A stretch of DNA of 63,319 bases, counting the filler, from Bigelowiella natans CCMP2755 (lineage: Eukaryota > Protista > Cercozoa): NCBI GenBank assembly GCA_000320545.1. It is 6 parts of 6 records of this genome, joined end to end, with 100 filler letters (N's around TTAATTAATTAA, not from the genome) between each part and the next. Parts side by side here need not be neighbours in the genome. Positions count along the whole stretch, not along the records: positions 50,338 to 55,592 come from ADNK01001307.1; positions 55,693 to 60,360 come from ADNK01001070.1; positions 60,461 to 61,907 come from ADNK01002701.1; positions 62,008 to 63,319 come from ADNK01003278.1; 2 more parts are not named here. One strand, 5' to 3'. This document shows positions 53,662-63,319 of this stretch, in pieces. Both the position numbers and the translations under genes were made by a program. How positions within the stretch are numbered: the stretch's first letter is position 1; each line of letters opens with the position of its first letter. The notes beneath the pieces are model-generated. The model was not told where the DNA came from. It worked only from the letters and a program-made list of their open reading frames with translations, and ran no database searches.

Positions 53662-54570
53662 TTCTGCACAATCATACATCCGCATTTCGTTCCACTCTCA
53701 TCACTGGTTATTGCTATCAGGCAATCCTTCTGTCGTGCGGGTAGACGTACCCGACAACAACCCTCGCGTAATCCACCACCGCAAGCTTGAAGTCCTTCAG
53801 AAATTGATCATAAGAGGGGAGGGGAGGCGACGCATCGCTCTCGGCATCCTCATTTCCAGCAGCATTGGCAACGAATTCTTCATAATAACCCCGTAGAAAA
53901 GTCTCCAAGTCATTCAGCACTGGCAGCGCTGCGCTGGAGAGCAATAGATAGGCCACATCCATCTCGGGTACCCCCACCCCTGACCATTGGAAATCAATCA
54001 TGGCAGCAGATGATGCTGCTGCTGCTGCTGCTGATGATGATGATGCGCCCCTTTCCACGGCCGGATGAGGGATGTTAGCGCTTGCCTCCTCCCCTTTTTT
54101 TCTGAAGAAGACATTTGCGGTCTTGAAGTCGCCGTGGATGATGGAGCGGTGGCCGTCCTCTTCTCGTCGTCGTAGCAGCTCCGCATGAGTCGGGGCAGCA
54201 GCTTGCGCCAGCCTAGCACCCAGCTTCTGAATATCCTCCTGGCCGAAGAATACGTCGTCTGGGAGGAAGTTTCAATTCAATCGAAGATTGTGTTAATACC
54301 GTTGCAGTATGGTAGATGCGTAATGATGAGGTCATATCAGCATAAATCGATGGTTGCTACCCCCCCCCCCCCTCCCCCTCCCCATTTGTGAGCCCTTACG
54401 ATCGATCATACAAGTGCAGCTACTACTAGTTTATCTGTAAAGGGCAAACTGACCCGTAGAGGCGAACTCAGCTAAGAATCGTTCCCAGCACTTCGTTATC
54501 GTCACCGGAGCGGATATCGGAGAATAGATGCAGAGTAAAATGGAGATTTATGTACATCAAGTATATATTT

Positions 54571-54614
<44 letters not shown>

Positions 54615-54701
54615 ATTTATACGCATTCCATTAATATATTAGTTGTCGTAATGGTGATGACGAAACACAACCCACAACACACGTACACAATCACACACAC
54701 A

Positions 54702-54741
<40 letters not shown>

Positions 54742-55244
54742 GCTTCGATCGATTCCATGACAACATCATTCGATTGATATCAGGCCGTAGCAAGCCGACA
54801 ACGACGACAAAGTGACAATCAACCAAAGAGCTCTACTTTCTGGGTGTTTGCGATCTCCTCCCCACTTCGTTTTTCCAGGCTCCAGTAGCTGCCAAACTTC
54901 CAGCCGGATTGAGAAGCGGCCTTCAAGACATCCTCGCTGCGATATGTGCGACCATGCAGCCGTGCAAGGAGCGAAAGCGCCGTTCGTACCTCTTCCGGCC
55001 CGAGGAATAGATGCCTTGGAAGAGTAGAAAGGGGGAGGACGGGGGGAAGAACATCCGTAAGATAGTGGAAGTGTGCTCGATTCACGATGACAACTAGCCA
55101 ATTCTATGAGATGGCGTTGTTCGGAGGGAGTGGGGAATGAGCAAGGGGAGGGGGGGGAGGGGGGATCGGTCATCTCATCGTGTCCATACTGTTGGTATCC
55201 AATCAACTCCTCGCTGATCATCAGGAATCGACTGCTCAGTAGCT
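53295..55244 (-). CDS. Ecdysteroid-kinase-like / choline kinase / APH-fold phosphotransferase (5' part lost in gap)
   Basis: Spliced exons: ALSLLARLHG, FGSYWSLEKR, CWERFLAEF, SIIHGDFKTANVFF, AAMIDFQWSGVGVPEMDVAYLL, FKLAVVDYARVVVG|YQW...CTHNRSLPHVKWFIRYVTNVLSELGA* (TAG at 53295). Confidence 0.88.
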
Positions 55245-55297
55245 CTATTGCATAGACAGCACCAACACCAACAACCGTGTTTATACTCAGTGTGCTT

Positions 55298-55367
<70 letters not shown>

Positions 55368-55440
55368 GAGAGGGAGAGATAAGGGAGGTGTCCACGAGTG
55401 TGGTGAACTATGGACGTTGGAGGGAGGGGAAGAGAGGGAG

Positions 55441-55480
<40 letters not shown>

Positions 55481-55592
55481 AGGGGGGGGGATAATGGCGG
55501 TTGTGTTATCGAGTAGACACACCCATATAACCTCTACCACACAAACATAAACAAATGCGAGCATGCACGTTCCATCGTTCCTCACCATCATC

Positions 55593-55692
55593 NNNNNNNN
55601 NNNNNNNNNNNNNNNNNNNNNNNNNNNNNNNNNNNNTTAATTAATTAANNNNNNNNNNNNNNNNNNNNNNNNNNNNNNNNNNNNNNNNNNNN
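55593..55692. other. Assembly gap with artificial linker
   Basis: N-TTAATTAATTAA-N. Confidence 0.97.
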
Positions 55693-55696
55693 TCCC

Positions 55697-55735
<39 letters not shown>

Positions 55736-55768
55736 ACAAAGCAGTTGGTCGGTTTTCTTATCTATCAC

Positions 55769-57625
55769 CTTGGGTTGTCCTTCACATATGCGTAGTACGC
55801 CGGGAGAATCTCGCGGAAGCGTTTGATCTGAAACACGTTCGTTTTAACGATGGGGGTGGGGGGGGGGGAAGGGACGGCACGCAGAAGGAGGACCACCAAG
55901 CACATTTTAAATCTTTTCAAGAACAATTTCTGCCCTTTCTTCCTTATTCGTAAACTACTCCGTGCATTGACATAATAATAATAATAATAATAACAATACT
56001 AATACTAATAATACCTGTGTACGTGTTTGTGTCTTGACCAGTATGCAGCTGTCGTGAGTGAAGTAGAACCACCCCCTGGCGGTGACCGATATCGAGGAGG
56101 AATAAGAAGAGGAAGAAGAAGAACAAGAAGAAGTAAGGTAAAGACAAGAACGAAGAGAGAGAGACTACTATACGAGAAACAGGGGCGTTACAAATAGTGA
56201 GGGAAAAGGGAGATGGTGATGATGATGATAGTGGTAAAGATAATAACGAAGCAGCACCTTCTCTTGGGATGGAACTCTGCGTATGAGCCTAGCCCGGAGA
56301 GAGAGCGGAGGTAATCGTCGGTCTTGAGTCCTGCAAGTCGTCGGAGATTCTCGAATACAGGCCTATCAATTCACAGAGTAATAGCGTGGTGACGTGGTGA
56401 TCGTGATCGTGGTGTGGTGGTGGTGGAGTGAGGCAGTAGTGCACTATAATGTCCACGTTTACGGGGGGGGGGGAGGCGGGGAAGGAGGAGGAGAAAACAT
56501 CGCCTTGGAATTTCACTTTATTTGCAAGCAAACTATAGCTCGTTCGTCGTTCTACCCTGCATAGCTCTTGAAGTTGAAGGGCTTGAAAGGTGCCTAAGGG
56601 AGGGGGGGGGGAGGGGGAGCGAGAGAGGGACAAGAATAACGACGGTGAGAAAAGAGTGCAAGAAAACAATGCATCATTATCTGAAACAAAGCCGAAAGTC
56701 AAACAAAAGCAGCATGCACAAATGCCGGCTAGAAACCCACGTAGATCATCAATCAAATCAAGTCAAATCACATCATCCTCATCGTCATCATCCTCATCCT
56801 CATCCTCATCATCATCCTCATCCTCATGTCTCACCTGTTCTTCGCTGAACATGAGCTTGAGAATGGAGCTGAAGTCCTTCTTATCGTCCAGTACGATGTA
56901 CCCCCTGGCCTCGGTTGGCCTTAACAAAGCCCCACCGTACATTTTGGGGACACACACACACACACACACACACCCCCACCCACAAATATCACTAGGATCA
57001 TCCCCCCCCGGTTTTTGTAGTAATAGCCGACGGACGTTTTGATTCCTTTGATGAGGCTTCCCCCCAGCTCATTTTCAGGTTGGTAGTCAGGGCCCACAAA
57101 ATCACTCCCGAGAGCATGGCACAGGGGATGGGGGGGGGGGGGGGGAGAGCGAGAGAGAAGAGGGTAAGAGAAGAGGATGATGGTTGAATAGATCTCATCG
57201 TTCTTTGCTTCTTTGCTATTATCACCCACGAATGATCGTTCATCGGTAGTAGAGATATGTCAAACGGCACAGTAGTTAGCAGTAGCTGTTGCCACTTGCT
57301 CTATTGTATTTTGCGCGGGGGGGGAAAGGAGGTACTAGTACTACTAGTAGTAGTAGTAGTAAGTAGTAGTAAGTAGTAGTAGTAGTAGTACCCCGGTTCA
57401 ACAGGCTCGAGGAAGCTGTCATCTCTCATCAGGCTCTTGTCGTCCGCCATTTCGTCTATCCCAATGCCGTTGCGATGAGCTGTTGGCCCTGAATTCAGCA
57501 AATATAACCATAATTGTACCACAAGTAATGATCGTAATACTAGAAATCATGATGAAAATAGCGTTATATCCAGTCTTGTAATGCCCCCCCCCACACACAC
57601 ACACTCACTCACACATTGCATATAA

Positions 57626-57658
<33 letters not shown>

Positions 57659-57723
57659 TGTAATATTCTGCGAGCATGTCTTCGTCATCTCACGTCTCAG
57701 AAGATTGTGGTGTTTTTAGAATA

Positions 57724-57757
<34 letters not shown>

Positions 57758-57817
57758 TTAATTAATATACACTCACACACACTCGCCCACACACATTTGT
57801 GTGTATTTGTGTGTGTG

Positions 57818-57863
<46 letters not shown>

Positions 57864-58434
57864 TACAACGTACCGGTGAGAAGAGCTCGAGGGCTGTCCC
57901 CCCCCCCATTTTTCGCCGGTGCTGCGGTTGCATCCTCGATGGTGTGTTGCCCTACCATCATCGTGGTATCCCTGGTAGACGATGAGTTGGGTGGCAGGGT
58001 GCGAGGATTGGCTGCCGGCGGCACTACGATCTGAGGAAGATAGATCACGATCACACGAGAGCCCAACTTCATCAACCGATCAACCAACCCACCCACCCAC
58101 CAATCAACCGACCGATCCAAAACCAACCAGGCGACCCGCCCCCACCTGTTTATTGCCCTCCTTTATCACTTCCTGGGCCACCCCGTGCCTTCCTTTTAAG
58201 TCCGCATCCTCGTAAGATGGAGGGGGGCTGGTTTATGGGGCCGGAGTACGATTCCTCCTCATCTATCTCCTCTAAGGCCGAGAGAGCTAACCCTAGTCTG
58301 CCTCCAAGGCCGTCTATGGCTGATGAAGCAGCCGCTGCCCCCTCCCCATGCCATGCAGGCTGGATCACGTTCGGGGCGTCGGCGTTGACGGTGAAGAGCG
58401 AGTCCAAAGCGTTCGTGTGCTCCTTCTCTCCTGC

Positions 58435-58477
<43 letters not shown>

Positions 58478-59243
58478 TGCTATAGTAATATATGCATAGG
58501 AACGTGCAACATTACTTGCAGATTTGGTGACTCTCGCAATTTTGCCCTTTGTAACCAGCTTCTTGGCCGTCTCGGTATCGCCTGTCACCCCTGGGAGGGG
58601 AGGGGGGATCGAGGAACAAAGGGGGAGGGAGAAAACAACATGGATGATGTCAACAGAGATCAAAATAAGATGGCCGAAACTTTCGTCTGACAACTTAATC
58701 TTCTTGCTTTACAGTAAGAGAAAGATACACTAGGGCGTTGGACGCTGCTGCTGCTGCTGCTGCTACTCAGCTTCCTTCGCGTTTTTTTTCCTTACTGTTC
58801 GCAATAAGCTCTCACCGGAGGCAAAGGCGGAGAAGAAATCGAGACCGTCATCCTCCTCCTGAGCGCTCTTCCCCCCCCTTCGCTTTTCCTCTTCCAAACT
58901 CTTCGAGAGAAGGTTCGGGGAGGGAAGAATCTCTCCTAATTGAGGACCATTACGCGGCGTATTTGTTATGCCGCTGCCAGCTGCCGAAGGGAAAGCGCTG
59001 CGGTATTTAGTGTCGTCATCGTCGCTATCATCCTTTGCATAGTCCCTATTATCACGTAGCATTTTGGCCAGGTGACTCGTTCCCCCTCGAGAAGACGACG
59101 ACGATTCCAAGATGGGGTCCTTTTAGATTGATGGTGATGTTATTGTTGTTGTTGTTGTTGCATTGCGCAGAGTTGTTGTTGTTGTTGTTATTGCAGGAGT
59201 GGGAGGAGGAGGAGGAGGGATAGCAGTCAGCCAATGTTATAAT

Positions 59244-59279
<36 letters not shown>

Positions 59280-59448
59280 AGGGGAAAGAGAAAATGATGG
59301 ACTATGTAGTAGGAGAAGGAGGAGGAACACGGAAGAAAAAGGAAAATGAAGAAGAAGAAGAAGAAGAAGAAGAAGAAGAAGAAGGAGAGGAATGATACGA
59401 CGAAGACGAAAACGACAACGCACATACTACTACCAAGGTAGTTCCCAT
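55769..59448 (-). CDS. Phosphatidylinositol-phosphate kinase (PIP5K)-like protein with a long disordered N-terminus, 3'-truncated by gap
   Basis: ELGGSLIKGIKTSV, PFNFKSYAG|PVFENLRRLAGLKTDDYLRSL...AEFHPKRR|GWFYFTHDSCILVKTQTRTQ|IKRFREILPAYYAYVKDNP follow the PIPK N-lobe pattern. Start uncertain (MGTTL at 59448 is a candidate). Confidence 0.8.
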
Positions 59449-60360
59449 ACGGAAGGCCGTGTGGGGGGGTGGGTGGACCTTTTTGATGTTCTGATGTTTG
59501 ATTCCATTCTTTGGTGCTCCAGGACCTTTACACTCCCCTGTGTACGGTGACGTTGAGGAGGAGAGAATCGTGCACAGAGAGGAGGAGATCATTTGGATCG
59601 ATCGATTTTCTTCTCTGTTTCATCTCACATTATTTGAAATCTTAGTCCCCCTCACTACCCGCTCACTTATCCTCATCCTCCTCCTTCTTCTTCTTCTTCT
59701 TTCTACACTAAAATACTACGATTACCTGTGATTGTGTTATAGAAAAACATGACGCCAGTCTCCTTATTCGCTACCCAGACCAAAGTAAATCATTGCATCA
59801 ATTTCTGTGGTTATTAAGGTGATCTTTCTCTCTCCCTCTCCCTCCCCCCCCCCCCGCACAAAAACCCACATACATGACATACATGCGTTGTGCTCATGTG
59901 CCCGTCCATGCGAAACACATGCACTTCTATACTTGCATCATCAGTGAGAATACAAGCACATTGCAGCAACTATAATTCGCATTGATCATGTCGGTGTGTG
60001 TTGTACCACACATGTCATGTTGTGAGAAGCATGTCTAGATGTACACAACACATACATAGCCTGTGTACGCATCTAGCTACAATGAACATTTGTACATGCT
60101 GTCGTGAAATGAATTTCTACGAAAATGACGCAAAGGCAGACAAGGTGACAACAAGATATCACCATACATGTCACATGATCAGAATTTGAACAAATAAATT
60201 TATTTATCGAGTAGCTTCCGTATGATTTGATCGTACTAATACATGCTTTGGCGTGCACATTTAACTGTATGATTATTTATATTTACAACTACATGAGAGG
60301 GTGGGTGAGTAAATGGACAAGGACGGCTGATCGCCGGTACTACGTGAGCTCTGTTGGCGA

Positions 60361-60460
60361 NNNNNNNNNNNNNNNNNNNNNNNNNNNNNNNNNNNNNNNN
60401 NNNNTTAATTAATTAANNNNNNNNNNNNNNNNNNNNNNNNNNNNNNNNNNNNNNNNNNNN
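60361..60460. other. Assembly gap with artificial linker
   Basis: N-TTAATTAATTAA-N. Confidence 0.97.
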
Positions 60461-60671
60461 ATGCATGTTGGTATTAATCATAGTAATAATAGTGATTACA
60501 GAGACGATAATCAAACAAATGCATGTTGGTATAATTCATAGCAGTAATAGTAGTCGCAGTAATGATAATGCGGAAAACAACGAAGATGCTACTTGGTGTG
60601 AGATGTAATATCGAGAACAACCTCTCCTCCACCCCCACCCCCCGTAGCAGGAAGAACAACAATAAACAATA

Positions 60672-60702
<31 letters not shown>

Positions 60703-60709
60703 CGCTCGC

Positions 60710-60908
60710 ACCTCTCCACAAATGAGCCATCGTTAGCCCTGCCAAGTTGGATGAAGAGGCGGAGGCATAATCTGTTGTGTTTTCAAGTTTCAGAGAGAGG
60801 GTTGCTCATTAGGCGGCCATAGACCACGCCCGCCGCACAGCCAAATCCCATACATATATGGATTCAGGAAGGGAGAGGGGGGAGGGGGAAGGGGGGCAGC
60901 CAAAGTGG

Positions 60909-60975
<67 letters not shown>

Positions 60976-61592
60976 TAGTTTGGTGTGCACAACGGCATTG
61001 CACCTTTCGCATGCTCATGAAGCTGGGTTATCACCATCCAGAGCAATGTTTCCTTTGCAATCATCGACGATGGTTACGCGATGATACGGTTGAGATCATG
61101 TGATGATGATAATGATGATGATGATGATGATATTGTTGTTGTTGATGATGATGATGATGCGCCAACCGATGATACAAGATGGCGCTATACACGCGCTCAC
61201 GAGAGAAAGGAGGGAAATCTCTCAAACATTCATTGATTCCCCGTCCCCTCGCCCAGCAAAAGGAATAACCGATTAAATGCGGCATGCGATTATTGAAATG
61301 AAAGTGAAGATAGAAATGCCGATGATGCTTAAAAAGGACACCAGCAGCATCGAGAGCAGAGATGTAAAGAAGAGTGGCTTCTGTCGTATGCAATTCGTCA
61401 TCACATGCTGACGCGGTGTAAATGTATATCCCTCTCGCCAGATTGAAGACACACAGTGCACTTGCACCTTATTGTATGGGTTGTGCTCCGCCAGTAGCGC
61501 TGCGCCCAATATCTTTGGAATCTGAACAAGAAGAAGAAGAAGAAGGCACGTGTGTAATGAATATATAAAATGCAGCTGTACAAAATAGTAAT

Positions 61593-61634
<42 letters not shown>

Positions 61635-61640
61635 ATACAC

Positions 61641-61684
<44 letters not shown>

Positions 61685-61775
61685 TACTCAGGAGAAGACA
61701 GCAGCAGCGTATTGGTTGGTTTATGAGTAATCATGCACGTACCTTCGCCAGACTCTCAGCGACCATTGACATCTG
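60710..61775 (-). CDS. Internal exons of an unidentified gene
   Basis: GT-AG bounded segments MSMVAESLAK|IPKILGAALLAEHNPYNK and DFPPFSRERVYSAILYHR. No family recognised. Confidence 0.3.
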
Positions 61776-61907
61776 ACAGGAAAAGGAACAGGAAGAAGAG
61801 GGGGGGGCGCGAACAAGTGACTTTCTCCGAAACCAAAAATAATCACATCGCAGTCTTCTAACTCATCGTCATCATTATCATCAAAAAAAAACGGAGAGTA
61901 TCCACCG

Positions 61908-62007
61908 NNNNNNNNNNNNNNNNNNNNNNNNNNNNNNNNNNNNNNNNNNNNTTAATTAATTAANNNNNNNNNNNNNNNNNNNNNNNNNNNNNNNNNNNNN
62001 NNNNNNN
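61908..62007. other. Assembly gap with artificial linker
   Basis: N-TTAATTAATTAA-N. Confidence 0.97.
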
Positions 62008-63319
62008 TCTCAACTTTAGTTCTCCCTCGTCGAGTTTCTCTGAGAGATTGCTCACACCTACACACAATGGATTCAGCAATGACACAGGCATTGGAGGTCT
62101 ATTTATTTGTAAGGAGATCGATAATTGCATACTCGAAAAGATATTCTTATCAAAGTAGTAGTAGTAGTAGTAGTTGTCGTAGATTTAAAACAACAATTCC
62201 ACAAATTATGATAATGGTAATGATAATGACGATGAGATGCCTTGTGCCATCCTGAGAAGTGAGCTTTTTCTTATGAATACTTCTTTTCTTTTCACGCCTT
62301 AGCGAAAGAGTCTTATATAGCTCACGTCGATATATTGGCCATGGACACGAGTAGAGACAACAATAAGCAGCTTCTCAAGGCTAGAATCTATCAGGTTATT
62401 ATGAATACCGAGTACGATTTAGTATTAAAATCACGGCAGTGACATGGGCGTTTCTCATTATTTGCATGTAAATTTTTTGTTGGTGATGATTTTAGTCTCA
62501 GTCTTTAACTACTTAGGCTGCTCTCGAGTTTGGAGGTGAATATGCAACTTAGTCATAATGGAAAAATAGAGCAGATATATAAATTAACATGATCAATTGA
62601 TGCGTTGAAATTTGAGAGCACAACATTATATCTCGTTGCCTCTCTGATATCTACTGGGGTCAAGACTTCAAAGCACTAACTTTTCAAACTTTCTGGCATG
62701 TTCTCCGAGATATTAAACCATCATAAATCAAGATGAAGGTTCAGATGCACCATGATGAGATGTGTGCTATCATATATGTCCATTGTGAACGCAACAGTTT
62801 TCATCTAGCAATTGAAGCTTCTGCACTATGAACAACATGCATGAATTTAAAAAGCAATGTTAATGTCTCCATGCTTTACTCACATTTCGACCTTGCTAGC
62901 TTGGGCGCATTGCTAGCTAGCTAGATGAATTGTTGGAAGAAGCACATGGCGAGACTAGGAGGTGGCTAGATGGCGAGAGCATGTCATCAATCCAAACGAC
63001 ACACACATCTAGATGTGTCGACGTTCATTAGGTTTGCCCATCACATTCAAGAATCGGCGGCTGCATTCATTTCAAAAATAAATTGACACAGCTGTGGCGC
63101 TGCCAAGTCTAGAAGTTGTTGCCCACATCTGATTTAGCCATGCTTGCATGCATGCACTTACACGCAGATGTAAAAAAATAAATGCAGCTACATTGTGATG
63201 GCCGTCACGGCCGCACTCATTTCGATAGTTGGCAATTTGACCCAGGTGTGACAATGTGGAATGTTGACAAGGTAGAAGGTCGCATGTCGGCTCTGTCAAC
63301 TTTTGCAGCTAAGATTCAT

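Noticed and set aside
53295-59448. Apparent PIP5K-EcKL kinase fusion on the minus strand
   Set aside because: The halves are separated by an assembly gap of unknown size, and both the PIP5K C-lobe and the EcKL N-terminus are missing. Two genes is the simpler reading.

Overview
Intron-rich eukaryotic (protist) nuclear DNA, dense in microsatellites, made of six contigs joined by artificial 100-nt N/TTAATTAATTAA/N spacers. A bipartite-looking signal+transit presequence suggests an alga with a complex plastid, e.g. a chlorarachniophyte (inference). Most supplied ORFs are spurious, so genes were rebuilt by hand-splicing GT-AG exons. Genes found: a Zn-hydrolase (N-formylglutamate amidohydrolase / poly-gamma-glutamate hydrolase-like) fused to a gamma-glutamylcyclotransferase; a PWWP-BTB fusion; pinin; an Arc1p/AIMP1-like tRNA-synthetase cofactor; proteasome Rpt2; an organelle-targeted GGQ release-factor-like protein; a large propeller-mucin-REJ-GPS-multiTM-PDZ receptor; a secreted choice-of-anchor-L + GDPH/vWD-like protein; a TraB-family protein; an EcKL/choline-kinase-like protein; and a PIP5K-like protein with degenerate N-lobe motifs. 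There is also the 3' end of an LTR retrotransposon and several weak hypothetical genes. The most striking unexplained signal is a recurrent 0.2-1 kb block lying just downstream of gene 3' ends but not at divergent promoters. In these blocks TpA survives mostly as CTAG, CATG/TGCA are abundant, and CpG is not depleted. This may be the mutational footprint of a DNA base modification marking transcription-termination zones (hypothesis). All coordinates and counts are by eye.
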